From Corallochytrium limacisporum Hawaii (taxonomy: Eukaryota > Protista > Pluriformea): a DNA stretch of 64,000 nt. Within the stretch, counting starts at the first letter, position 1. Every line of letters begins with the position of its first letter. Shown here one piece after another: positions 30,862 through 40,591 of this stretch. The stretch spans positions 38,261 to 102,260 of the forward strand of contig PDIP01000040.1 in assembly GCA_002811645.1 (NCBI GenBank). The letters are read 5' to 3'. The notes under the pieces were generated by a model, which made no database searches, was not told where the DNA came from, and saw only the letters and a list, made by a program, of their open reading frames with translations. Position numbers and translations under genes: made by a program.

Positions 30862-33234
30862 ATGGACGGCGAAAACCCAGACTCCACGGTACCATCGTCT
30901 CAGGACCACGGACAGCCTGTCTCAACAGGCCAGTACCAGCATCTACACCATGACCAGTCGCAGTCGACACAGGATGGCAAACCCGTAACCAGCACAGAGT
31001 CCACACCACGGCGATGGTGCCTTGAACAGGCGTGGAATGAAAAGGTGCGCATGCGTAATTCTGCTACGTATCTGAACTTCGGATCCACTATGCAAGAATA
31101 CTCCACCGAAAATAATTCACACATTTTGTCGAAGCATGACATGGGACAGGTGAGTCACGGTAATGCGGGAGGCGAGCTACATTTGATGGACAATCAACTA
31201 CAGCAGCAGCATAAGGATTCAGACTTGCCACAGAGTAATGAAGAAACAGGGGAAGGTCTGTTGTCTAGTACCGCGTACGATTCAAGTAATTCGGGTATGG
31301 TACCACAGCAAGCGCCATTGCAGCACTTCAGAGGCATGACTACATCGCAGGTTATGTTACGACAACTTTCCTTGAACAGCTTGAAGGACGAATTGAAAGC
31401 GCCGTCAATTCTAGATTTTGACAGCTTCCAACGTGAACATGAACTTGTGGAAGGTGACGAAGCCAACAACAAGCGTCCATCCCGCGTATTTGGTGCGGAG
31501 ATCGACCTATTTGCAGATGAGGCAATGATGGCCACGGAGACCGATCTCTTTGCGGTTCATTCGGATGTCATGGAAGAGATGTTGAAGAAGGTACCAAAGC
31601 AATTTGCGTCTGAGGAAGCCTTGCTAGACACACGCACACCAACAAATGCAATGGCAGCGGGACGGGGCTCCCGTCGGGCGCAAGAACTGCACCGACTGAT
31701 GCATGATGGGGTGTTAACGATGCGTGTTCCATATGGAACTGTTATCGATGACCTCGACACAGTAGAGCGAGACTATGTGCTAGTCGCACCGGGCAAAGGC
31801 GTAGTCATGTCCTTCTCCATTGATGTAGTGGAGGATCAGGCACTGAACAGGAGCAAGAGATTTCCGATTGTCAACCCAATCAGGTATTCGGGGCGGAAAG
31901 GGAAGACCGCGGAAGCAAATCAAGATGAGAGCCAAGGAGATTGTGGACGAGAAACCCACTTGAAGCATTACAACATCACTCCTGCTTTGCTTAAAAGGTA
32001 CCTTCTCTCCTTGATTCTCGCTTGCAGCGCCGAGGAACGGTCTGGTCAGAACCAGTTGTGCCTCCCGCCCTGCCCGCTGTGCAAGGAGGACCCTGCGGGC
32101 GAGACCACAGAGAATGGTGCTGTTGCAAAGAGCAAAAGCGCTCGCGTCACATCCGTACGGAATGAGAAGGGCCGAGATAGACTTGTCGCGCATTTGGTGA
32201 ACCGCCACGGTCTCTACATTGGTTCTGCAGATGGTTTTGTGCAGGTAGGCATGTTCGTGGACTATCTAGGTGACGTGATCGGGGACCGCAAGTGCCTCTA
32301 CTGTAGCAAGGCCTTTCAGGATGAACCGAAATGGAAGAACCACGTCCGCAAGAAGCACCACATGCGTATAAATCCAGAGCATCGGCAGTATGACAAGTTC
32401 TATCTCAAGAGTTATGCGGATGCTGTTGTGCTACCAGTAAAGGATGAGAATCGCATCGCTCTGATCACGGGCACACAGAGCTCATCATCACGTGCTGCGC
32501 GACATGTGGACCGTAATCACAGCCCACCGTCTCGGCAGGTGGCGGCCGGTCGGCTGCGGTCTCCCATCGCCAAGGAAGATGAGCCGAAACATGTGGATCC
32601 GTCGCTTCCCGAACTTCGGCACCAAGGATACGAGGATGCCACCGACGATGAAGATGACTCTGACGAGGACAACGATGACGATGACGCACAGGAAGATCCC
32701 TGGATGGTCTGGGACGATGACGGACTTGTGGACGACCCGTGCGAGTGTCTATTCTGCTGTAAGACTTTCCGCAGAGCACCTGAATGTGTTGATCACATGG
32801 CACGGGTGCATAACTTTGACCTCAGTAGCCTCCGCAGGAAGAAGGTCAAGCAGGTAGACAGCGATGGCAGGCCTTGCAGGGAGCACAGGGCAGAAAGGGG
32901 GACAAATGGCGACAATGACTGTAACGAAGTGACTACGACAGGTCTCCACACCTTCTATGACTGCGTAAAGTACATCAACTACATGCGCCATCTGGCTTCC
33001 ATGCGTACATGTGCGTTTTGCAAGAAGACGCTGCCCACCGAGGCGGCGTGGGAGCAGCATATTCGCGAGATGAAACATCAAGGATTGGCTGCCATGTTGG
33101 AGGGCAAGGAGGGGGATGATGGCGACACTCAGAACCGTAAACCACCTTGGCAGGATGATAAGTTTTTTATGCCGAGAAAACCAGTGGAGCCCTTGCTATC
33201 ATGCATTCCGGACTTCAGCGGCGATGAGTCATGA
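30862..33234 (+). CDS. ZNF277: ZNF277-like C2H2 zinc-finger protein with long N-terminal extension
   Basis: HLVNRHGLYIGSADGFV, CLYCSKAF...HVRKKHHMRINPEHRQYDKFYL, CLFC...HMARVHNFDL, FYDCVKYINYMR and WQDDKFFMP. First ATG is at 30862. Confidence 0.85.
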   Translation: MDGENPDSTVPSSQDHGQPVSTGQYQHLHHDQSQSTQDGKPVTSTESTPRRWCLEQAWNEKVRMRNSATYLNFGSTMQEYSTENNSHILSKHDMGQVSHGNAGGELHLMDNQLQQQHKDSDLPQSNEETGEGLLSSTAYDSSNSGMVPQQAPLQHFRGMTTSQVMLRQLSLNSLKDELKAPSILDFDSFQREHELVEGDEANNKRPSRVFGAEIDLFADEAMMATETDLFAVHSDVMEEMLKKVPKQFASEEALLDTRTPTNAMAAGRGSRRAQELHRLMHDGVLTMRVPYGTVIDDLDTVERDYVLVAPGKGVVMSFSIDVVEDQALNRSKRFPIVNPIRYSGRKGKTAEANQDESQGDCGRETHLKHYNITPALLKRYLLSLILACSAEERSGQNQLCLPPCPLCKEDPAGETTENGAVAKSKSARVTSVRNEKGRDRLVAHLVNRHGLYIGSADGFVQVGMFVDYLGDVIGDRKCLYCSKAFQDEPKWKNHVRKKHHMRINPEHRQYDKFYLKSYADAVVLPVKDENRIALITGTQSSSSRAARHVDRNHSPPSRQVAAGRLRSPIAKEDEPKHVDPSLPELRHQGYEDATDDEDDSDEDNDDDDAQEDPWMVWDDDGLVDDPCECLFCCKTFRRAPECVDHMARVHNFDLSSLRRKKVKQVDSDGRPCREHRAERGTNGDNDCNEVTTTGLHTFYDCVKYINYMRHLASMRTCAFCKKTLPTEAAWEQHIREMKHQGLAAMLEGKEGDDGDTQNRKPPWQDDKFFMPRKPVEPLLSCIPDFSGDES

Positions 33235-33295
33235 CGCTGGCATCTCTTTCAGAATATTTGCTGATATCATACGAAACATTGTATTCGATTGATGG

Positions 33296-33784
33296 TCATC
33301 GGAAGTTGTCTAATTTGCTCAAATACATCAGAGCTTGGTCGAGTTCCTCTGCGTGCGCGGGCAGTACCGCTAAGCGGACCAGATGCGAAATCGATGACTC
33401 TAATAGTTCCACAGCCTCCAGTGCCTTTTTCACGTCATGATCTAGGCCTGCGTTGAAATCGGCAAGCTGCTCCTGAACTTCTCGCCTGCGGGCTTTGGCC
33501 ATATCTTTGCGTACTTGGTTTTGCCCTTGCTCAACTTTCCTGGAAACTTGGTGATCACACCCTCAGCCCCTGAGCAATTTCTCTCTCTGTCGCCCTTCAA
33601 ATGTCTGCATAGACGAACTCTCCGAGGAACACCAGCACTGCAGGAGAATCGCTTCGCCGTACTTTGCCGCCCTTCCCGCACCACATTCGGCGGCATCTCC
33701 TTGCGCGATCACCTTCGAACATTCTGTGAGAAACTGTCCCGCATCCTCCTTCCGCAATTGGAAAATTTATATGGGATCCGTCAT
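33296..33784 (-). pseudogene. Degraded helical/coiled-coil-like coding relic, unidentified
   Basis: ATG at 33784 is in frame with ORF pieces 33563-33757 and 33296-33502, interrupted by in-frame TAA and TGA. The last piece reads like an amphipathic helical protein. Confidence 0.35.
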
Positions 33785-34413
33785 TTCTGTGATGGGGACC
33801 TTTCTATCGTATCCATCATTACACACGTCTTTGACGGGCGGCCATTAGCCTTACCTTACCTCCCTGCATGGTGGCGGTCGAGGTGGGTCTCCCAGGCCAG
33901 AACAGCCACTTTTTCGGCCCGTGTCCCTACGGACACCCGCCGTAAAGGGTCCGTTGCCTGGGATGCCCAGCATTTTCATAGAATAGCCACCGTGCCCACC
34001 CAAGAAAATTAGGCCCCCATAAATCGTAAACGGGGAGTCATCGTGGAATTTTTCGCATTTCCACAGTGTGGGTGGACACCCTTCTAAGGCGCCCCCTAAG
34101 TCAAAGTGAAAGCATCAAAAGTCCCCTACGGGCCCCGGGGGCGGGGGGGGAATGGCCTCAGACAAATCAGGCCATCTGGTCCACAGATCTATACACAAGT
34201 TCGATCGGGGCCCGCGGAAAGAGGGGAGCCCCCTCTCCTGTACTGTATTCGCTGCGTAAACACTTGGCAAAAACAGAATCCTCCGGATCGGACTTGGTCA
34301 TTCTTCACCGCAGAACAGAAGGGACAAATACCACACACACGCAAGGGTATTTATGGTAGTGGCAAGACTTTGACTAATCTCTTGAAAGTCTATCGAAGTC
34401 AAAAGCGACCTCA

Positions 34414-35181
34414 ATGTTGCTGACCACTGTTTGTAAACAATTGCTCAAGATGCCAATGCCGTCCACTCAGAAAGCCATCCATCTGTACACTGCCTCTACC
34501 ATGAATGGGTGGAAGCCGGTGATATTCCTCGAAGAGGCGGGTGTGGAGTATGATCTGACCTACATTGATTTCTCCAAGAAGGAGCAGAAGGAGCCATGGT
34601 ACACGAAAATGAACCCGAACGGTCGCATTCCAACAATTGTCGACCATGAGAAAGATGATTTCGTTGTCTTTGAGTCGGGTGCCATCCTATGGTACCTGGC
34701 AGAGAAGTACAACAAGTTTTTGCCTACAGATCCCAAGAAGCGATCCCAAGTCATGCAGTGGGTAATGTTCCAGATGGGTGGCGTCGGTCCTATGATGGGT
34801 CAGGCTATGTACTTCCAACGAATTGCTGCACCGAACGGCAACGATGATCCGTTTGCCATTAAGCGCTACGTTGACGAGAGCCGCCGACTCTTGGAGGTCC
34901 TGAACACACAGCTGGAAGGAAAGGACTATCTAATTGGTGATGAGTATACCATCGCTGACATGATCACCTACCCGTGGGCACGCGCTTACTACTGGGCCAA
35001 AGTCTCTATCGATGGGCTGCCACATCTGAAGGGCTGGTTCGACCGTTTGGATGCCCGACCTGCCATCCAAAAAGCACTGACTATCCCTAAGGCAGTACCT
35101 GCCTTTTTCGGCGAAGGTGACGTCAAGAAGATAGTGGAGGAGAATGCGGCACGCTTCAGCCATGATGTGAAGAAAGATTGA
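34414..35181 (+). CDS. Glutathione S-transferase, Ure2p/YfcG-YghU-like (Nu-class-like)
   Basis: LYTASTMNGWKP, NPNGRIPTIVD, FESGAILWYLAEK, QWVMFQMGGVGPMMGQ, YTIADMITYPW and RPAIQKAL. The true start may be a downstream ATG (34450/34456). Confidence 0.93.
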   Translation: MLLTTVCKQLLKMPMPSTQKAIHLYTASTMNGWKPVIFLEEAGVEYDLTYIDFSKKEQKEPWYTKMNPNGRIPTIVDHEKDDFVVFESGAILWYLAEKYNKFLPTDPKKRSQVMQWVMFQMGGVGPMMGQAMYFQRIAAPNGNDDPFAIKRYVDESRRLLEVLNTQLEGKDYLIGDEYTIADMITYPWARAYYWAKVSIDGLPHLKGWFDRLDARPAIQKALTIPKAVPAFFGEGDVKKIVEENAARFSHDVKKD

Positions 35182-35335
35182 AGGCCTCCAGCAAGAGTGG
35201 CTCGTCTGTCACGGTTTCAGAGTATTCGTCAAAGGAAACCCGCCCATCACGGTCGCGGTCCATTTTTCTCATGATGATGTCGACGAAATCGTTAATGACC
35301 TCATAGGCGTCGTCCTCGCTTACCGAGCGGAGACC
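35180..35335 (-). pseudogene. EFCAB1: Calaxin (EFCAB1) C-terminal EF-hand relic
   Basis: SEDDAYEVINDFVDIIMRKMDRDRDGRVSFDEYSETVTDEPLLLEAF resembles the calaxin C-terminus ([32 protein letters not shown]...LLLEAFGPCLP). No ATG, no upstream EF-hands, and the tail is missing. Confidence 0.75.
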
Positions 35336-35888
35336 TGTGGTAAAGTTCACCGCAAGGATGCGTTATACCCCCAATTACACATCGCCTTAGCTTTTCACCA
35401 TGGAACCTTATATACTCCAAGCTACGATCCAGTGCATGATGGCCGATGAGAATGACGCAGAGACTACAAAGCATATGAATGAAAGCTACAAGCGAGGCGA
35501 AATTGGTACCCTGGCTCATCTCTTCGCTCATCCCCTTAAAAGCAGGGCCACAGACGCCCGGCTCTCCTTTCCCCTCGCCCCCTCGCCCTTTTCGTCGGTT
35601 CGTCTGCTGGCGGATGCCGGCCTCACAAACCGTCCGAACGGTCTGAGGGGGGATGGGGGGAGCATTCAGCAAGGGCAGACTCGGGAAGGAACAGGAGAGG
35701 CTCAGAAGGGAGGGAAGAGAGAGTCACACCGGACGAGCACGGGTTGAGCATGACTCACGCGAGTTGTGCCCGAGCAGGTACGCAGTCCCCGAAAATTCAC
35801 ATGTACCAAAGCTATACACAGATAACCATGCAATGAAATACACGCCAAGAAATGGAATATATATTCAGGGCAATCTCAATGTTGACGA

Positions 35889-38800
35889 TCAAGGCTGCAG
35901 GTCAGCGGTGATTCCCGAAACGAGGGAGTAGTAGCCACAGTCTTCGAGGGCGTGCTCAATAACGCTCTTGAGCTGCTGGTATGTTAAACGATTGTCCTTC
36001 GGCAGGGCACCTTGGGACGGAGATGACGAGTTTGCCCCTCCGCCGGCGCCCGATGTTGCAGAGGAGACGTTGGTGCTTTCCGGTGTGTCCACAGCACCAC
36101 CACTCGTACCCGCGGTAACACGATCCTGAGAGGCCAAGACTTCACCAGCCATCGGCCCAAAATCAATGTCCACGTAGTCTGTTGAATCGGAGATGAATTT
36201 TTGCAGTTCTTCTTTGATATAGTTGCCTCTGCGACCAGAGGCGAAGAGGAATCGTTTGTACGTCTCAATCACACGTCGAGCTGGATTGTACTCCAGACTG
36301 GGCGGGAGCTGGCTAATGTGGATGATCTTGTGCAGCTGAGAGAGCATGGTCAGAATTGGGTCCTGGATTAGGCGCACATTCTTTGGACTGACAGTGAGTT
36401 TGGCAGTGGTCAGGTTGGCACTGTACGGTCGGCTGGATAATGTCCGACGCACGGCCAAGGGCGAGGGCGCCGGTGGTGCGCCAGCACTAGCACCTGTACC
36501 ACCTGTAGCAGGCAAGTCGATTTGCGCCGACGGCGCTCTTGTGCCACCGCCTGGTGACACTGCTGCAAGCTCGCTAACTGACAGGTTCTCAGTATTTGAC
36601 CGTTGGCGCTGTGGCTGTTGTTGCTGCTGGCCTCCTGCCTTTAAGGTCGGAGACCTCTCGGAGTCAAACCCTTGAGTGTACGGACTACCTGGGGAAGGAA
36701 GCGACACCCGCCCGCCGGGCCCGGCAGTCCTTGGCGGTGCAACTGGAGTGCCGGGACCAGACAGTGCAACACCCTGGCTCACGGGCCTTGTGATCGCGGA
36801 CATACCAGTCAAAGGTCGTCCTCCTGTGGCAGTGTGGTGGTGTGGCTGGTCATGAACGTCCGCAGAAAAGTGCCCGACACCCTGTGCAGCCATAACAAGT
36901 TTCTGGAAACTCTGCATATTTGCATTGGCTTCTTGGAAATATCGCTGACTGCGCTTGCGCTCCCGTCCAAGTTCTTTTTCCATATTGAGCAGATCAATCT
37001 GCAGACGATCAACCTCGAGCAGAAGCATGGGAGCCACAATGGCAGCGACCTGATTGATGTCCGGTCTCAAAGCGCTCGACGGTTCCAGACAGTGATTTAC
37101 CGCCTCGGTGAGCAAAGGATTAATGTTGTCACGGCTGATAGGTTCAAAATCACCTTCCACAATTTTCTTAGCCAGCGTTAACATATTACTGCTGACGAAC
37201 GGTGGGTTCAGGGTGATCATTTGGTACAAAATGCAACCCAAGGCCCAAATGTCTGCCTTTTCGCCGTACGGTTCATTCTGCACTAGTTCCGGACAGGAGT
37301 ACATGATTGTACCCACCATACTGTTCATGACACTGAGCTCACTCTTGCGTTTGGCGAGGCCAAAATCAGTGATCTTCACCACGTCATCCTCATCGACCAT
37401 AATGTTCGCAGGCGTTAGATCCCGATGCACGATGTGTTTCTCTTTATGAATGTACCGCAAGGCTCGCACAAGCTGCACAAAAATTTTCCAGATTTTCTCC
37501 TCTGACATGGCTTGCTCCTTCTCCTTCAATGAGGCTAGATAGTCATTGAGACTAAAGCCATCGACAAGCTCCATTATGATGTGTAACTTATCTGCATCCA
37601 CGAAACTATTATAGTACCGCACAACATTCGGATGTCTCAACTGACTCTCTATCATGCTGACCTCGGTGAGGACATCCTTAGATGCCTTATGCTGTTCTGT
37701 TACGCTCAGCGAAATTTCCTTCATCGCATAGAACACAGACTGATCTGTACGCTTTCGAACTTTGTAGACTGACCCGAATGCACCCCTGCCCATCAGTTCA
37801 ATGATTGCGTAGTTGCCGACGTTCCGAATGGGGTTGCGATTCATGTTTACATCCCGAATGAGGTTATGGAATGACACAAGCCCGGTGTGATCCAAGTTCA
37901 TCACGTACTCGACAAGAACACTGTACTTGTTCAGATCCGACTGATAGTTCCCAACATCAATAAACATTTCAAACAAGCTAGGATCGAACAACTTCCGAAA
38001 CACGGAACGGTTGCGTGCCACACTAAAAATGAATCGCAGGCAGCGGAATGCACTGGCCATGGCGTCTGTGCGCATGGCGTCATCACTGAGCCGCCCTGTG
38101 GAAGGGCCTTTCATGGCAGCCGAGGCACCTTCATTGTTGGAGCCGTCGGCCATATGATGTTTCTGCATGTCAGCGCGTTCCGGCGAGATCGATGGCGACG
38201 GGCCGTTGCTGTCTTGTGGGCCGGACCGCAATCGTGAGATGGCATCGGTTATTTCTTCTGTTGGGTTCGTGGATGCCAATCGCTGGCTAGGAATGAGCAC
38301 CATTGCAATTTGGTACACACCGTTGTTCCGCGTTACCAAATGTGCGTTCGTGTCAACCATCATCAGCTGGGTTAACGAGTTAAGAGCAGCGGTCAAGATA
38401 CCGAGGACCCGCCTCATTTCCGCTTGATTTTCCGCTGCTGCTTTATCGTGGTTCGAGTCTTGCCGCAGTATCTCGCCAGCTGGTGCTTGATATCTTGCAG
38501 CTTCAACACGACTGAGAACTTGTCTTCGTTCGTTCACCCTTGTGATGGTATTAAGGATAAGCTGAATACCGCCCTTCTGCCGAATGACATCTGCGATGCC
38601 CGTCCGGGTCGACATCTTCTCGATGATGCCCAACATGTGCACACTGATGATATCGTCATTTAACATGAGCGACGTGAGTACAAGATTAATACCCTCTGCC
38701 CTCTCCATTTGCAATCGCGCGTTCTCTGCCCTGCACAGAGAATTAAGCAAGCCGCCCGCCACTCGCTTCGACTTGGTTGGACATTCATTCAGGAGGCCAC

Positions 38801-39935
38801 ACAAGGCATCTACGATGTTCAATTCCGCCATGGCATGCAGAGCCGCTCCATTTTGTGCCATACTATTCAACGCATGTAGGCAGCAGTGCAGAATGCGGAT
38901 GTCCTGACAATTCAGCAATAGTACCAGCTGGCGATGGAATCCCAATTGTATGAAGAGTTCAATGTGATTAGCCTCAGACGTTAATTTCTGCACAATACTG
39001 CTCTGTTCTCCAACCAACTCAGCCAGGTATTCCAGACCAATCGGTACGCAGTGTTCCCGGAAGTAGCGCTCGACGGACTGTTCAAAAATGTCCATCAGTC
39101 GCCGTGCACCGTCCAGTTCAACGAAATGATCCCGCAAAGAGTGGTCTCTGAGCAGCACACGGATGGTCTGGATCACGCGTAATTTGCTTGCGCCGTCTAG
39201 AGGTCGCCATGATGAGTCAACCAAATAGAGTTGCACGAGTGCTAGCAACAAGTCAAAATAGGTATTCGAATGGAACCTGTACGTATGCCGATGCCATGAA
39301 ATGAACTCCTCAAACGCTGATGCTGCGTCGTCTGTAAGAGAAGACTTGCCTCTGGAAGATAGGTCCTGCTGGTGTCTCTCGGTATCCCGTGCGTGTGTGT
39401 CACAGAGTACTTCAACCAATTTTCCTGCCTTGAGTTCCGCAACAGCCAGACTTTCTTCCGCAGACATAGTACGATCTAAACGCAGGTCCTCCTCTCCAGG
39501 GGGCGCTGGCAAATTAGTTCGACTATTGGCTGGTCGTGAACTACTTCTTCTAGGTACAGTCGGCATTTCCCTTGGAGAGCGACCTCCTCCTGTGAACACG
39601 GCTGTTCCACGACCGCGGCTGGCCTCCTCTGCTAGATTTCCCAGATTACCTCCTGGTGATCGTAACGAATCTACTTTCCTTCCACTTTGGTCCCCATGAT
39701 GTGAAGCCCGACGGACTAAAACAGCCTGTGCGCCGTTCGTCGACGGTGACGGCGGATGCTGTGGTGGGTGAACTCCGATGGCAGGGTTCCGTCCCCCGGA
39801 CGACGGCACAGCCTTGAATGTATATGGATTTCCAGGAGTGCTCCCACGTCTCAGTAAACCCCTTGCACCCCGGCTCCCGGTAGGCAGAGCCATACCAGCA
39901 ACCTCGAAATCTTGTGATTCCCGGCCACTGTTCAT
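35889..39935 (-). CDS. NEK10: NIMA-related kinase NEK10 (ARM repeats + central kinase domain + coiled coil)
   Basis: 1348 aa. ARM-like region, LFEMFIDVGNY, GRGAFGSVYKV, YAMKEI, NEK10-type HRDLTPANIM, DFG, GTIMYSCPE, and C-terminal DPILTMLSQLHKIIHISQLPP. Confidence 0.93.
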   Translation of the reverse strand: MNSGRESQDFEVAGMALPTGSRGARGLLRRGSTPGNPYTFKAVPSSGGRNPAIGVHPPQHPPSPSTNGAQAVLVRRASHHGDQSGRKVDSLRSPGGNLGNLAEEASRGRGTAVFTGGGRSPREMPTVPRRSSSRPANSRTNLPAPPGEEDLRLDRTMSAEESLAVAELKAGKLVEVLCDTHARDTERHQQDLSSRGKSSLTDDAASAFEEFISWHRHTYRFHSNTYFDLLLALVQLYLVDSSWRPLDGASKLRVIQTIRVLLRDHSLRDHFVELDGARRLMDIFEQSVERYFREHCVPIGLEYLAELVGEQSSIVQKLTSEANHIELFIQLGFHRQLVLLLNCQDIRILHCCLHALNSMAQNGAALHAMAELNIVDALCGLLNECPTKSKRVAGGLLNSLCRAENARLQMERAEGINLVLTSLMLNDDIISVHMLGIIEKMSTRTGIADVIRQKGGIQLILNTITRVNERRQVLSRVEAARYQAPAGEILRQDSNHDKAAAENQAEMRRVLGILTAALNSLTQLMMVDTNAHLVTRNNGVYQIAMVLIPSQRLASTNPTEEITDAISRLRSGPQDSNGPSPSISPERADMQKHHMADGSNNEGASAAMKGPSTGRLSDDAMRTDAMASAFRCLRFIFSVARNRSVFRKLFDPSLFEMFIDVGNYQSDLNKYSVLVEYVMNLDHTGLVSFHNLIRDVNMNRNPIRNVGNYAIIELMGRGAFGSVYKVRKRTDQSVFYAMKEISLSVTEQHKASKDVLTEVSMIESQLRHPNVVRYYNSFVDADKLHIIMELVDGFSLNDYLASLKEKEQAMSEEKIWKIFVQLVRALRYIHKEKHIVHRDLTPANIMVDEDDVVKITDFGLAKRKSELSVMNSMVGTIMYSCPELVQNEPYGEKADIWALGCILYQMITLNPPFVSSNMLTLAKKIVEGDFEPISRDNINPLLTEAVNHCLEPSSALRPDINQVAAIVAPMLLLEVDRLQIDLLNMEKELGRERKRSQRYFQEANANMQSFQKLVMAAQGVGHFSADVHDQPHHHTATGGRPLTGMSAITRPVSQGVALSGPGTPVAPPRTAGPGGRVSLPSPGSPYTQGFDSERSPTLKAGGQQQQQPQRQRSNTENLSVSELAAVSPGGGTRAPSAQIDLPATGGTGASAGAPPAPSPLAVRRTLSSRPYSANLTTAKLTVSPKNVRLIQDPILTMLSQLHKIIHISQLPPSLEYNPARRVIETYKRFLFASGRRGNYIKEELQKFISDSTDYVDIDFGPMAGEVLASQDRVTAGTSGGAVDTPESTNVSSATSGAGGGANSSSPSQGALPKDNRLTYQQLKSVIEHALEDCGYYSLVSGITADLQP

Positions 39936-40591
39936 AATGAACCGGTAAACATGTTCCCTAGGAAGCGTCCATTCTGCTGAGGGACCTCAATGCAGTGTGC
40001 CATTTTTCACCTACATGGAATATGCAAACAGCTTCTTCACAGAGAGCCTAAAATTTGTACCAAGATGTGTACCCGTAGGCTTCCGGTATCTGTAGTACAC
40101 AGGAACGTATCGGTAATCAGAGCATTGAACTACCTGAAATCCCCGTCCAAGCAACTGCCAGCTGTACAACACGCCACGACAAAGCAAGCCACCCCGCCAG
40201 GGAACTGCCCGAGCCGTCCGAACTACTTTGGATTTGAAACAGGCAAATTTCCTACCCCGTCTTTCCACGACACTTGCAGTCCATGAATGTTCACAGAGTC
40301 GGCATATATTTATTACTATCCTCCGGGTCGAAATACCTATCCAAATCACAGTCAATCGACAGGAATAAGGAGGGAGGGAGGCGTTCGGGCCACCCCAGCT
40401 CAGATGCGAACTCAGCGATTCCGAAAACCGTTTCAGACTCAAGTCTGACGAATGTGCAACGTATATAAGACGATCCGCAGCTAAATCACCATTAAAATGG
40501 GATTTTATTGAATATGTGGAGTCTGATCACGGGCAATGAAGATGCTACGATATTTAACTCCTTTGATGGACTCGACTAGAGACAAGTTTTC

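Noticed and set aside
33230-33565. Selenoprotein (in-frame TGA in an RG*GC context)
   Set aside because: The same frame also has an upstream TAA, the protein has no redox-fold motif, and the downstream ATGA...AA...GA arrangements lack SECIS helix geometry.
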